A stretch of DNA of 64,000 bases from Candidatus Delongbacteria bacterium (GTDB taxonomy: Bacteria > CAIWAD01): contig OY760505.1 of the NCBI GenBank assembly GCA_963663545.1, positions 2,400,001-2,464,000 of the forward strand, read 5' to 3'. A program made the translations under genes and the position numbers. Below the pieces are notes generated by a model, which was given only the letters and a program-made list of their open reading frames with translations, was not told the DNA's origin and did not search any database. This document shows, piece by piece, positions 18,744 to 29,337 of this stretch. Each line of letters opens with the position of its first letter. Position 1 is the stretch's first letter.

Positions 18744-21700
18744 ATGCGGTTGTCACTCTTTCTTTGTGTCGTCTTGCTGGCCGGAAGCGTTGCCGCCGGT
18801 GAACCGGAATGGTGTCGCTGGCCGGCTGTATCACCAGATGGATCAGTAATCGCATTCTCCTGCATGGGGGATTTGTGGACCGTTTCTGCAGAAGGTGGCC
18901 GAGCGGTTCAATTGACCAGAGGTCCAGGGCTGGAAACCCGTCCTTGTTGGTCGCCCGACGGAAAATGGATTGCCTACGCTTCTGACTTGTATGGCAACCT
19001 TGATGTGTTTGTTGTCAGTGCAACCGGCGGCACGGCGCATCGCCTGACCTATCATTCGCACAACGACTGGCCCTGGTGCTTCTCACTGGACAGCCAGAAC
19101 GTGCTCTTCAGTTCTGCGCGCATCGACGACCCACGATGCAGCCAGTTCCCAGGTGGGTATTTGCCAGAGTTGTATCAGGTCGGTATCACGGGGAACCGCC
19201 CAGAACAAATACTCAGCCTCCCTGTTGAGCAAGTGGATGTGGGTGAGTCGGGAGTGCTTTACGAAGTCGTCCGCGGTTTGGAAGACGAATTCCGCAAACA
19301 CCATACTTCCTCCATAGCGCGCGACTTATGGTTGTGGCACGGTGATACACACACTCAGCTCACGACTTATGAAGGAGAGGATCGAGAGCCCGTCTGGCTT
19401 CCGGATGGCCGCTATGCGTACCTCAGCGAGCGGTCGGGTACAATGAATGTCTGGGCCAGTGTAATCGAGGATGATCCGCAACAGCTCAGCTACCATCAGG
19501 GTGCACCGGCACGCGGCCTTTGTGTAGATGACAATGGGCGCTTGTGTTACAGTCAAAACGGTCACTTGTGGACACTGATTCCCGGGCAAGAGCCGCAACG
19601 GGTCCAGATTGATCTGGTGGCGGATCGTCAGGCAGATCATCCACAAAACCTGGTGCTCGATTCCGAGGCAGAAGGCGTTGCCTTGTCGCCTGACGGACGG
19701 GAAATAGCGTTCACCATTCGGGGTGAGCTCTTTGTTGCCAGCGTAGAGGAGGGTACGACTCGCCGTATCACAAACACACCGGAGCAGGAGCGTGATCCGC
19801 AGTTTGTCAACGATGGTCGAGGCCTTGTTTTTGCTTCTGAACGTGCGGGGAGTTGGAACCTGTACCGTGTGGATCTGGCGCAGGAGGAGGATTTTCATTT
19901 CTTCTCGGCTGGTGCGCTAAAGGAAAGCGAACTGCTGGTAGGAGAGGATGATTATCAGCAACCACTTGTATCACCAAACGGCGAGTATCTGGCCTTTCTT
20001 GCACGGCGCTGTGAATTACGTGTGATGGATCTGCAGAAGAAGCGTCAGCATGTGGTCGTGCCTGACACCGTCCTCTATTCATACAGCGACGGCGACCAAC
20101 ACTACTCATGGTCTCCTGACAACCTCTGGTTGTGTATCACGTATCCAGCCGACGGCCGTTGGAGTGACGAAGTCGGTGTCGTATCACGCGAGGGGGGCGA
20201 GATCCACAATTTCAGCCTGAGTGGATATGAAGATTGGTCGCCAGTCTTCAACGGCGATGGGCGTGCGATTCTTTTTCTTAGCAATCGCTACGGTCTTCGG
20301 GCACATGGCGGATGGGGATTTCAATCCGATGTAATGGCCGCTTGGACAAATGGTGTCAACTATGATTGGGGTCGCCTGAGCAGTGAACGGATGGCCGAGT
20401 TGACTCAAGATGAAGATGAGCAGAATGCAGATGAAGACGAGGCTAAGAACAAGGAGCGTGACAAGAGAAAGGACGATGATCGCCCTGACACACTGCGTGT
20501 GACCTTCGACTGGTCGCGCCCCGACCTTCGTACTACGCGCATGACGGAGCGATCAGCGACGTACACGGATCTTGCTGGGACTTCGGATGGCAAGCAATTA
20601 CTGATGATCGGGCGAGATTCTGACACCTGGACTCTATGGTCGCGTGACTGGCGCAAGGGTGAGCAAAAGCAGCTATGCGAACTACCCGCCGGTGGTCGCA
20701 TCCTCCTGGGGCCGGATGACGAGTTCGCATTGGTTCACTGCTGGGATGGCAGCCTTCACAAGGTTCCGCTTGAAGGTGACGAGAGCAGTAGCATCAGTTA
20801 CAGTGCGGAGATGCAACTGCGGTCCGGTGAAGAGTGGCGCTACTTCTTTGATCATATCTGGAATCAGACGCGTGTCAAGTTCTACTCGAGCGATATGCAC
20901 GGCGTAGACTGGAACGCGATGCGTGATACATACTTGAGCTATCTGCCCTGGATTGACAATAAGCGTGATCTCGCCGAATGCCTGAGCGAAATGCTTGGCG
21001 AGTTGAACGCCAGCCATACAGGCGCATTTACGTATTACAGCGGAGACGATTGTGATGCAACAGCGCAGCTCGGCATTATTCCTGATCCACAATACATGGG
21101 TGAGGGAATTCGCGTGGCTGAAGTATTGCCGCACGGCCCCTGCGGAGGCAGCTCCTCGCGCATTAACGCTGGTACCCTGATTCTTTCCATTGGTGGGGAG
21201 CGAGTTCTGGAAGGGCAGAATTACTGGCCATTGTTGAATCGCTCAGCCGGCGAACCTGTGTGGCTGGAACTCCGTGATGGCCGTGATACATGGCGTGAGC
21301 GTGTAGTACTTGAGTCCGATTGGCGTACGCGCAATCGCCTGTACGAGCGCTGGGTTGAGCGCAATGCACACATGGTCGACAGTCTTTCTCATGGTCGCCT
21401 GGGATACGTTCATATCCGCGAGATGAGTGGTGATAGTTTCCGCGATTTGTATCACGAAGCCCTGGGGCGCTGGAGCATACGCGAAGGCCTCGTCGTGGAT
21501 TCTCGCTATAATGGCGGCGGAAATCTGACCAATGAGCTTGTGACTTTCTTCAGCGGTAGGCGAACCTTCAGAAACGAAGTGCGGCCAGGTCCCCGTCAGC
21601 TGGGTGAAGAGCCTTGGGATCGCTGGAACCGGGCATCGATCGTCTTGATGAACGAGAGCAACTACAGCGATGCGCATCTTTTCCCCTATGCGTACAAGGA

Positions 21701-21959
21701 TAATGGACTAGGCAGTCTGGTTGGAACTCCCGTGGCGGGAACCGGTACCTCAGTCTGGTGGGAAGGTCTGATGGATGGCGAGTTGGTCTTCGGCATTCCA
21801 GAGGTTGGCATCCGAACAGAAGCCGGTTTCTACTTGGAGAACAATCAACTAGAGCCGGACTATCTGGTGCGTAACACGCCGGAAACATTGATCCAGGGCC
21901 GCGACCTGCAATTGGAGTCTGCAGTTCGTATTCTCTTGGAGCAAGTAGACACAGAATAG
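18744..21959 (+). CDS. Tricorn protease homologue (S41 family)
   Basis: PD40 repeats (SPDG...IAF), EMLGELNASH, PDZ region, GYVHIREM, DSRYNGGG, NYSDAHLF. Confidence 0.93.
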   Translation: MRLSLFLCVVLLAGSVAAGEPEWCRWPAVSPDGSVIAFSCMGDLWTVSAEGGRAVQLTRGPGLETRPCWSPDGKWIAYASDLYGNLDVFVVSATGGTAHRLTYHSHNDWPWCFSLDSQNVLFSSARIDDPRCSQFPGGYLPELYQVGITGNRPEQILSLPVEQVDVGESGVLYEVVRGLEDEFRKHHTSSIARDLWLWHGDTHTQLTTYEGEDREPVWLPDGRYAYLSERSGTMNVWASVIEDDPQQLSYHQGAPARGLCVDDNGRLCYSQNGHLWTLIPGQEPQRVQIDLVADRQADHPQNLVLDSEAEGVALSPDGREIAFTIRGELFVASVEEGTTRRITNTPEQERDPQFVNDGRGLVFASERAGSWNLYRVDLAQEEDFHFFSAGALKESELLVGEDDYQQPLVSPNGEYLAFLARRCELRVMDLQKKRQHVVVPDTVLYSYSDGDQHYSWSPDNLWLCITYPADGRWSDEVGVVSREGGEIHNFSLSGYEDWSPVFNGDGRAILFLSNRYGLRAHGGWGFQSDVMAAWTNGVNYDWGRLSSERMAELTQDEDEQNADEDEAKNKERDKRKDDDRPDTLRVTFDWSRPDLRTTRMTERSATYTDLAGTSDGKQLLMIGRDSDTWTLWSRDWRKGEQKQLCELPAGGRILLGPDDEFALVHCWDGSLHKVPLEGDESSSISYSAEMQLRSGEEWRYFFDHIWNQTRVKFYSSDMHGVDWNAMRDTYLSYLPWIDNKRDLAECLSEMLGELNASHTGAFTYYSGDDCDATAQLGIIPDPQYMGEGIRVAEVLPHGPCGGSSSRINAGTLILSIGGERVLEGQNYWPLLNRSAGEPVWLELRDGRDTWRERVVLESDWRTRNRLYERWVERNAHMVDSLSHGRLGYVHIREMSGDSFRDLYHEALGRWSIREGLVVDSRYNGGGNLTNELVTFFSGRRTFRNEVRPGPRQLGEEPWDRWNRASIVLMNESNYSDAHLFPYAYKDNGLGSLVGTPVAGTGTSVWWEGLMDGELVFGIPEVGIRTEAGFYLENNQLEPDYLVRNTPETLIQGRDLQLESAVRILLEQVDTE

Positions 21960-21976
21960 AAGCAACGAGGTGTAGC

Positions 21977-23641
21977 ATGAACAAGACCGGTCTTTGCTTG
22001 TTGACCTGCCTGACACTGGTGGGTCTGTGTCACGCAGAGTGGACCACGCCCGGTTTGGGCACAACATACACAGCTGAGGATCTTGCCACGATCAGTGGCG
22101 GGGCTGTTACCGGTTCCTGGCCGGTTTACGATCAGCACGAGAACATCATCGTTCACGAAGAAGACACACTGCAGCTGTTGCCCGGCACAGTCTGGCAGGC
22201 GGTAGCCTTTGTATCACTGACAATTCAAGGCGAGTTGCAGGCCAGCGGCGAGCCTTGGAACCCGGTGTCGCTGAGGTCACTGGCAGGCACTCCCGCCTCC
22301 TGGGACGGCGTAACCATTGATGAGGGAGTTGCCGAATTGGCCTTCACGGAATTGCGGGATGCCGAGGACGGCGTCAACTTTCTCTACGGATCGGGAGAGC
22401 TTCGGTACTGCTCCTTGTGTTACAACCAGGATTCTGGCCTGCATTGCCTGGGCAGCAGCCCCACATTAATTGGCTGTTTGATCGAGCAAAACCGCGAGTA
22501 TGGAGTAGAACTGACCCTTTCCAGCTCGCCCGTGATACAGCACTGCGTGATTCGCAACAATAATCTGGACAATAGCTCACCGTTAAATGCCGTGGCTATC
22601 GGCATACAAGGCGAGAACAACGTCGTTCTTAGTGACTGCCTGATAGAAGGAAGCGGATCCAGCAACCAGGCATCTTGCTTCTCCCATTGGATGAGCGGAG
22701 ATCCGCTTCTGCGCAACTGCGAAATCACGGCGGGTCGCAGCGGTGTCGTGATACAGGGGTCGGGTGCGCAGGGAAATCTGGAGCGTTGCTGGATTCATGA
22801 CAATCACTACAGCAACCCCATGCTGGGTGGCAGCGGCATCAATGTCAACACGGCATGCATTCCGGTGATACGCGATTGCTGCATCGAGAATAATGATTGG
22901 GGCGTAACTGTGACTGCCAGTTGTCAGCCGGATTTCGGCAGCACGGCTGACCCGGGAGGAAACCGGCTGCACGAAAACGGCAGCAGCGCTGGCGCAGATT
23001 TCTGGAACAACACCGGCAACAACATCAACGCCGTAGGCAACTGGTGGGGCACGGCGGCAGAATCCGAAATCGAAGAGCAGATCAACGATGCTGCCGATGG
23101 AGCCTTTGGCGAGGTCGCCATCAATCCCTGGCTTACGGATGATGAGGAGTTTGCACCCTTTTTCCGGCAAGACATCGGTTGGACCTGGATTGAGGCGGAT
23201 GCGAATTTGATCCTTGATCCTGCCGGTCATTTCCGCGATGAAGAAGGGCTCAGCTTCGACCTGAGCGGTCCGGGGACCTTTACTACTCAAGGCGACATGG
23301 TTGAGTGGATGCCGCCGCTGGATGCAAGCGAGGCCGAGATACTGATTACGGCCACCACTTCAACAGGGTTGAGCAGCACCGATACTCTGCGAGTTTTCAT
23401 TCACAATGAACCCTTTGGGGGCGGTGTAGAATTACGGGTGTCCACGTTCTACGGAAGTCTGGTTTTAGACTGGGAGTCGCTGACAGGGGCCGCGTATTAC
23501 AACGTATACCGCAGTACTACACCGTTTAGTACGCAGTGGGAACTCGTGGGTGTCACAACGCAGACTAGCTGGACGGACGAAGGCGCACTGGTCGACGATC
23601 GCGGCTTCTATCGTGTTACAGCGGAGATACTGCCGGAATGA
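21977..23641 (+). CDS. Secreted right-handed beta-helix protein
   Basis: Signal peptide; SSP-I..C.I..N repeats; INAVGNWWG; FN3-like C-terminal domain. Confidence 0.75.
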   Translation: MNKTGLCLLTCLTLVGLCHAEWTTPGLGTTYTAEDLATISGGAVTGSWPVYDQHENIIVHEEDTLQLLPGTVWQAVAFVSLTIQGELQASGEPWNPVSLRSLAGTPASWDGVTIDEGVAELAFTELRDAEDGVNFLYGSGELRYCSLCYNQDSGLHCLGSSPTLIGCLIEQNREYGVELTLSSSPVIQHCVIRNNNLDNSSPLNAVAIGIQGENNVVLSDCLIEGSGSSNQASCFSHWMSGDPLLRNCEITAGRSGVVIQGSGAQGNLERCWIHDNHYSNPMLGGSGINVNTACIPVIRDCCIENNDWGVTVTASCQPDFGSTADPGGNRLHENGSSAGADFWNNTGNNINAVGNWWGTAAESEIEEQINDAADGAFGEVAINPWLTDDEEFAPFFRQDIGWTWIEADANLILDPAGHFRDEEGLSFDLSGPGTFTTQGDMVEWMPPLDASEAEILITATTSTGLSSTDTLRVFIHNEPFGGGVELRVSTFYGSLVLDWESLTGAAYYNVYRSTTPFSTQWELVGVTTQTSWTDEGALVDDRGFYRVTAEILPE

Positions 23642-23991
23642 ACTCGCTTGATCCCGAAGACCTGTTGAAGGAATGCGATGTCTTGCGCGCACGAGGTGGT
23701 GGTCCTGGCGGACAGCACCGAAATGTGACGGAAAGTCGTATTACACTGTATCACAGACCAACGGGGCTTCGCGTGGTTTGTGACACGCATCGAAGCCAGC
23801 ATCGTAATCTGCGCGAGGCGCTGGAAACCTTGCATCGGCGCATTCTTGAGGAAGAACTGCGTCGCGAGGTGGAGAGTAGGCCGCGCATTGTCAGGCGAAA
23901 ACGACCGCGTGCCATTCAGCAGAGAATTCTGGACGAAAAGCGTCGTAGAGGTGAGCAGAAGCGGATGCGTCGTACACCGCGCGATTGGTGA
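23638..23991 (+). CDS. RF-1-domain peptidyl-tRNA hydrolase (ArfB-like)
   Basis: GGPGGQHRN (GGQ), HRPTGL, RSQHRN, basic C-terminal tail. Confidence 0.85.
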   Translation: MNSLDPEDLLKECDVLRARGGGPGGQHRNVTESRITLYHRPTGLRVVCDTHRSQHRNLREALETLHRRILEEELRREVESRPRIVRRKRPRAIQQRILDEKRRRGEQKRMRRTPRDW

Positions 23992-24003
23992 TACATGCAG
24001 TGG

Positions 24004-24321
24004 TCAGTCTGGATCAGTACTGCGATAGTCGCCGGTCCAGACTTCACCACGACTACGTATGTGCTCGCGTCGTTGTACGAATTCAACGCAACGCGAATAG
24101 ATAAACAGACCGAGGAAGGTGCACAGGCTTGTGCCCAGTACGAGCACGATCAGCCCCAGCCAACCCCAGCCGGTTACTTGCAGCGCAGTGAAGAGGACGA
24201 CGATTACAAGCCAGGCAACAAAGCCGCTGCTCCAGCCTGCCAGTAGACACCAAAGAGGTGTTCGCACACGGCGCGGGCCCTCGTCGATGCCCACGAAGAG
24301 TTCGTTTTTCCTTCCAAACAT
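24004..24321 (-). CDS. Small hypothetical membrane protein
   Basis: Two hydrophobic segments; fills gap between flanking genes. Confidence 0.5.
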   Translation of the reverse strand: MFGRKNELFVGIDEGPRRVRTPLWCLLAGWSSGFVAWLVIVVLFTALQVTGWGWLGLIVLVLGTSLCTFLGLFIYSRCVEFVQRREHIRSRGEVWTGDYRSTDPD

Positions 24322-24430
24322 GCTTTCAAACTAAGGATTCCATCTCGCAGGAGGAGCCCAGCTTCGCGCGAGCCGCAGCAGAATTGATACTTTGAGCGCT
24401 TCTTGGCTTGGACTTGAAAAGGAAATCAGC

Positions 24431-25144
24431 ATGGGTCGTGCACGCGTCAAGGGCAGCCTGAAGCGGGCCGTAGTAGAATATCCCGGGGAGATTCTCCTCG
24501 ACTCAAACGAGATGCGCGCTCTGCGCGGCAAGTGGAACGAGCATTTTGGCAATGACTGGCCCCTGCGTCTGGAAGTAGGTATGGGCCGTGGGCGCTTTCT
24601 TGCGGACTTGGCCGCACGCGGCGGTGAAGTGAATCTGCTCGGGTTGGAATTGAAGCCTGACCGCTGTGTCACGGCGCGGAAGAAGATTCGCTATCGGGCC
24701 AAAGTGCCCTTTGTACTGATCTGCAATTTTGCAGAGCTATTACCGCAAATCTTCGCCCCCGGCGAGTTGGATCGCATCTACGTCAACTTTCCCGACCCAT
24801 GGCCTGCATATGCCTACCGTCAGCGGCGCCTCTTCTGCGCACAGTTCTTGCAAACCTATACAAGCGTGATACGTGAAGGTGGCGAGCTGTGGTTCAAGAG
24901 TGATCAGCAAAGTGCGTGGGAAGAGCTACTCGATAGCCTTCCGCAGCGGTTGCAGTTGTTGGAGCACGGCACCGACATGCACTCGGCAGACTGGAACAGC
25001 GAAGGCATTGTCACCGAATACGAGCGTCGCTATCTGGCCGAAGGACGCAAAATCAGCTACGCGCGTCTGCGACACACCAAGCCAGCCATTAAGGAATCCC
25101 ACTGGAATCGTGATACATGGATTGGAGGAACAGATGTCCGCTGA
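24431..25144 (+). CDS. trmB: tRNA (guanine-N7)-methyltransferase
   Basis: LEVGMGRGRF, LGLE, NFPDPWP, FKSD, TEYE. Confidence 0.92.
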   Translation: MGRARVKGSLKRAVVEYPGEILLDSNEMRALRGKWNEHFGNDWPLRLEVGMGRGRFLADLAARGGEVNLLGLELKPDRCVTARKKIRYRAKVPFVLICNFAELLPQIFAPGELDRIYVNFPDPWPAYAYRQRRLFCAQFLQTYTSVIREGGELWFKSDQQSAWEELLDSLPQRLQLLEHGTDMHSADWNSEGIVTEYERRYLAEGRKISYARLRHTKPAIKESHWNRDTWIGGTDVR

Positions 25145-26474
25145 GAATCGCAAGCGCTTGCTCGATGCAATGGATGATGGCATTGCCATTCTACCCGCGG
25201 CTCACGCCAAGCTGAGAAACGGTGATACCGAGTTTGACTTTCGGCAGGACAGTTCTTTCCAGTGGCTGACAGGGTTTCCAGAAGAGGATGCTATTGCTGT
25301 GATACGCAAAGTGAACGGCAAAGGCAGCTACTACCTCTTTGTGAACAAGCGCGAACCAGAACGCGAGTTGTGGACGGGAAAGCGCTATGGTACAAAGGGC
25401 GCTAAGAAGAAATTCGGTGTGCAGTTTGCTCACACTCTGGCCGAGTATGGCGCGATGCTTGAAGATCTGCTGCGCACCTCCGGCACACTCTATCTGCCTC
25501 TTGGCACTGGTTGGCCCATCGAGCGCCAGATTATAGACGTGTTGGCACGGTTGCAACATATGCGTCGGAAACCCTACCCGTTGCCGCATCAGTTCAAGGA
25601 CGTTTACCGGCTATTAGCTCCACTGCGCTTGCGGAAAAGCCCCACTGAAATTTCAGGCATGGAGCGCGCGGCCGGTGTTACAAATGACGCTTTCCGTGAA
25701 GCGATGTCGCTTGTAAGTCCTGGATCTCATGAATATCAGCTACGCGGAGTTTTGGACGCCGTGTACCAGCTCCATGGAGGCAGCTGGGCCTTCGGCAGCA
25801 TTGTGGCCACAGGCAACAATGCCTGCACTTTGCACTACGTGACCTGCCGCGATCAGTTGAGTGATGGGGAACTGGTGCTTTTTGATGCTGGCGCCGAACT
25901 CGATGGCTTCTGTGCGGATGTGTCACGAACCATGCCAGTCAACGGCCGCTTCACCAAGGAGCAGGAGCGCGTGTACGAAATCGTATTGGCCGCCCACCAG
26001 GCGGCGGTCGAAACTGCACGCCCCGGTGTTCCTGTGGACGAAGTGCACAACACGGCTGTGCGTGTCACAATTCAAGGTCTAAAGGACCTTGGCATGCTGA
26101 AGGGGCGGGACGAAATGCTGTTTGAAAAAGCGGCGCATCGCCCTTGGTTTCCCCACGGTACCTCACACTGGCTTGGGCGTGATGCACATGATGTAGGTGG
26201 CTACGCCGACAACACCGGTGTTACAACACTGGAAGAGGGGATGATCCTGACCGTTGAGCCGGGCTTGTATTTTGACGCGAAGGATCGCAAAGTACCGGCT
26301 CCGTTACGCGGTATGGGAATCCGGATCGAAGACGATGTGCTTATTACCGCCGATGGAAATCGCACACTGACAGAGGCCATTCCCCGCAAACCGCGCGAGA
26401 TTGAGAAGGCAATGGCAGCAAAGCCCCGCTATTTCAAGGGTGCCTCCATCTTCAACGCCAACACGGCCAAATGA
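25134..26474 (+). CDS. pepP: Xaa-Pro aminopeptidase (M24B)
   Basis: FRQDSSF.WLTG, DAGAE...ADVSRT, HGTSHWLGRDAHD, TVEPGLY, GIRIEDDV; GGAGG SD. Confidence 0.93.
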   Translation: MSAENRKRLLDAMDDGIAILPAAHAKLRNGDTEFDFRQDSSFQWLTGFPEEDAIAVIRKVNGKGSYYLFVNKREPERELWTGKRYGTKGAKKKFGVQFAHTLAEYGAMLEDLLRTSGTLYLPLGTGWPIERQIIDVLARLQHMRRKPYPLPHQFKDVYRLLAPLRLRKSPTEISGMERAAGVTNDAFREAMSLVSPGSHEYQLRGVLDAVYQLHGGSWAFGSIVATGNNACTLHYVTCRDQLSDGELVLFDAGAELDGFCADVSRTMPVNGRFTKEQERVYEIVLAAHQAAVETARPGVPVDEVHNTAVRVTIQGLKDLGMLKGRDEMLFEKAAHRPWFPHGTSHWLGRDAHDVGGYADNTGVTTLEEGMILTVEPGLYFDAKDRKVPAPLRGMGIRIEDDVLITADGNRTLTEAIPRKPREIEKAMAAKPRYFKGASIFNANTAK

Positions 26475-27505
26475 GTAGGCGCATTGTCCTGACAGGTGCG
26501 ACCGGCCTGCTAGGCGGCGCATTGTTGCGAAGACTGAATGCAGAAGGGTACAAGCTTCATCTGCTCGGGCGTGATACAAAGCGTCTTGAATCGCTCATGC
26601 CGGGCGAATGTACGACCGCATACTTCGATCTGGAAGCGCCGAGTCCCCCTGCTGGACTGCAGAAGGACGATGTTGTGATACACTGTGCCGCGCTGTTGGG
26701 TAATGCCGGTGTTGACCGTGACACATACTTGAAGGCCAATACAGATTCGGTTGTGGTTCTGGCAAAGGCAGCACGCGACGCTGGAGCGAGACTCTTTCAG
26801 TTCTTCAGCAGTGTCAGTGCGCATGGTCCCATCGCTTCTGATGAGTTCCCCTTGCGTGAGGATAGTCCCTTTCGTCCCGGATCGCTTTATGGCGAGAGTA
26901 AAATGCTGGCCGAGAAGGCGCTGGCCGGAATCGAAGGCTTGCACGTGCAGATTCTGCGTCCTCCGGTGATTTACGGTCCTGGGGCCAATAGCCACAGTTC
27001 AGCATCAAAAGTGTTTCGTCTGCTACGCGGAAAGGTCTTCATGCGCAGCGCCGGATCACACAACCATTTCAATGTGATACACCTGGATAATCTGGTGGAT
27101 GCTTCCGTGTTTCTTATGAAGCACGGAATGCAGTCTGCATCACAGGCCGGAGACAGTGCCGCACTACCGCCGAACGCCGATACTTGGATGGTACGCGATG
27201 AGCCGGGTCCCACCATGCGTCAAGTGCAGGAATGGATTTGCGACGAATACAAGCGGTGCCCGTTTTTTTTGCACATCGCACCGCCCGTGCTACTTGCTAT
27301 CGGAGCCCTTGGCGATTGGCTGCGCGCCCATGGAATGCCACGTTTTCCCTTGAATCTGGAAACGGCCAGAGGTTTTGCTTCTAGCGGTTTCTACTCTGGC
27401 CACGAGCGTCTCTTGCAGGCGGGCTGGAGGCCACCTCTTGAGACCGAAGAAGCTGTGCGTCAGGTGGCGCGCTGGTACAATGCGCAGGGAGATAGCCGTG
27501 ACTGA
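26471..27505 (+). CDS. NAD-dependent epimerase/dehydratase
   Basis: TGATGLLG, IHCAA, SSVS, YGESK (YxxxK), RPPVIYGPG. Confidence 0.9.
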   Translation: MSRRIVLTGATGLLGGALLRRLNAEGYKLHLLGRDTKRLESLMPGECTTAYFDLEAPSPPAGLQKDDVVIHCAALLGNAGVDRDTYLKANTDSVVVLAKAARDAGARLFQFFSSVSAHGPIASDEFPLREDSPFRPGSLYGESKMLAEKALAGIEGLHVQILRPPVIYGPGANSHSSASKVFRLLRGKVFMRSAGSHNHFNVIHLDNLVDASVFLMKHGMQSASQAGDSAALPPNADTWMVRDEPGPTMRQVQEWICDEYKRCPFFLHIAPPVLLAIGALGDWLRAHGMPRFPLNLETARGFASSGFYSGHERLLQAGWRPPLETEEAVRQVARWYNAQGDSRD

Positions 27506-28529
27506 GCAAGGGCATCCTCCTTTGTTGGTCCTTGGCGGATTACTTGGGTACCGTCTGGCCTGTGATACAGACCAGGGACGCAGCATTGTCTGGACTCTTG
27601 AGCATCCCGTTGAACAAGTGGGCCATCTCCTGCTGGATCACAGCCTGGGGCGTCCCGCACCAGCGTCCGGAAGGCCGGAGCTGTTTCCCTGCGAGATCGA
27701 GCAAGTCATTTTTAGTCCGCTTTTACAGCATTTCAGTGCTGGCAGTAGTGGGCGCAAACTCCTGCTTCCCCTTCTAGACTGGCGGCTATCGGCGCGCGAT
27801 CAATGCCCGCTAATGCTCCAGGCGCTACCGCGGGAAGGCCAAATCGATGTTGTGACACATTCATGGGGATTGCATCTCTTATTGGCGCTCCTCGGACCCG
27901 ACGGCCTGGGCATCGAGCGCATTCGCCGTGTGATACTTGTAACACCACCCTTCGGCGGTAGCTTGGATTCATTGGTAGCGCTACGATGCGGCATCGACCG
28001 GCTCAACGTTGGTTCCGGGCGTGACATGGGTTGGCTGACGCGTAGCTTCCCTGCTCTCTTTGATCTTCTGCCCGAGCCCGGCTATGGCATGGTACGCAAT
28101 CAGCAGGGAGACGAACTGGACCTGCTTGCCGAATCAAGCTGGCCACGTTCGCTGGGGCACAGCCTGCGACCGCTCCTGATGGCGGCAGGCGCATTCCGCT
28201 ACGAGAGGCAGTGCCGCATCAAACGTTTTCTTCCGGCACTGGCCGATCGCTGTCTTGTATTGGCAGGGTGCGGCATGGATACTGCGCTGGAGCTACGCCT
28301 TCCTGCTGGTGAAATCGTGTGGGACTGTGATCCGGCATTCCTCAGCATGGGTACACAGGGTGACGGACGTCTGCCGCTGGTTTCCACAATGCCACGAGAG
28401 CCCGTGCTGACACGGCTTGTACTTGGCGACACCGGGCAGCCGGTGTGTCACGGGGAAATCTTCTATCGTCCTGGAGTGCTGCAGTTGTTGGAATCCTGGC
28501 TGGATAACGGCGAAATCAAGCAGGCTTGA
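27498..28529 (+). CDS. Alpha/beta-hydrolase, lipase/acyltransferase-like
   Basis: VVTHSWG nucleophile elbow, TPPFGGS, GDGRLP, late His (CHGEI). Confidence 0.7.
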   Translation: MTEQGHPPLLVLGGLLGYRLACDTDQGRSIVWTLEHPVEQVGHLLLDHSLGRPAPASGRPELFPCEIEQVIFSPLLQHFSAGSSGRKLLLPLLDWRLSARDQCPLMLQALPREGQIDVVTHSWGLHLLLALLGPDGLGIERIRRVILVTPPFGGSLDSLVALRCGIDRLNVGSGRDMGWLTRSFPALFDLLPEPGYGMVRNQQGDELDLLAESSWPRSLGHSLRPLLMAAGAFRYERQCRIKRFLPALADRCLVLAGCGMDTALELRLPAGEIVWDCDPAFLSMGTQGDGRLPLVSTMPREPVLTRLVLGDTGQPVCHGEIFYRPGVLQLLESWLDNGEIKQA

Positions 28530-28689
28530 CACTTTCTTTCTACTTAGCAGCACATGGTTCCCTCAGCTGGTTGATTCTTCCTCGTGCCCGAACTACCTTT
28601 GGCCCTTTATTACCCGATGGTAGCCTGTTCCGGTGCGTCACACCGTGTGGGATGCGTGATCACCCAGGGCGAGCTTTAAGCGGTCAATC

Positions 28690-29199
28690 GTGAGCGAAGA
28701 GCGATCGCAGGGTCTGCCGCAGGAAATGTCCGGCAATGAGGGCGTCCTGTTGCTGGCCCTGCACCTGAGGACCAATAACCGTCGACTCGAAGAGCTGCAG
28801 CGCCTGGTTGCGGGTGGCGATGAACAGCTCTTTGTCGAGTTGCTGCGCGAGAAGCGTGAGCTGCTCTGGCGGCTTCGTGTGATTCTTGGCGGACTGGACG
28901 CCTTTGATTACAACGAAGCTCCAAATCAGTCCGTGCTGCTGGAGCTGTGCGGTCTTGGTGAACTGGCCTCCGACAGCGCGGACCCGCCGCGCGGTCTGCT
29001 TCCTCAGCGACAACTGCAACGCCGCCTGAACACATTTCTTGAATTGGAACAGCGTCTGCACACACTGGCCGACTCGCTTCGTCGGCAGTTTCCGCAGCAT
29101 CCGTATCACGATGAGTTTCGCGTTTGCGCTCAGACCTGTGACGAGCATCGCTCACGCCTGCTGGACTGGCAGCGCACGCAGGGGCGTTTGGGTGCGTGA
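28690..29199 (+). CDS. Hypothetical alpha-helical protein
   Basis: 169-aa ORF with typical codon usage; no recognisable motif. Confidence 0.55.
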   Translation: MSEERSQGLPQEMSGNEGVLLLALHLRTNNRRLEELQRLVAGGDEQLFVELLREKRELLWRLRVILGGLDAFDYNEAPNQSVLLELCGLGELASDSADPPRGLLPQRQLQRRLNTFLELEQRLHTLADSLRRQFPQHPYHDEFRVCAQTCDEHRSRLLDWQRTQGRLGA

Positions 29200-29337
29200 T
29201 ACATGCATGGCGTGAATTGACAAGTACACGGCCTAGGCCGTGAGGAATCTGGAGCCGTGGAGAGCGGCCTCCATTGTTGAAGGTTTTGGGAGCGGGGACA
29301 CGAGTCTGCCGTTCAAACGACTATAAAGGAGTACGGC

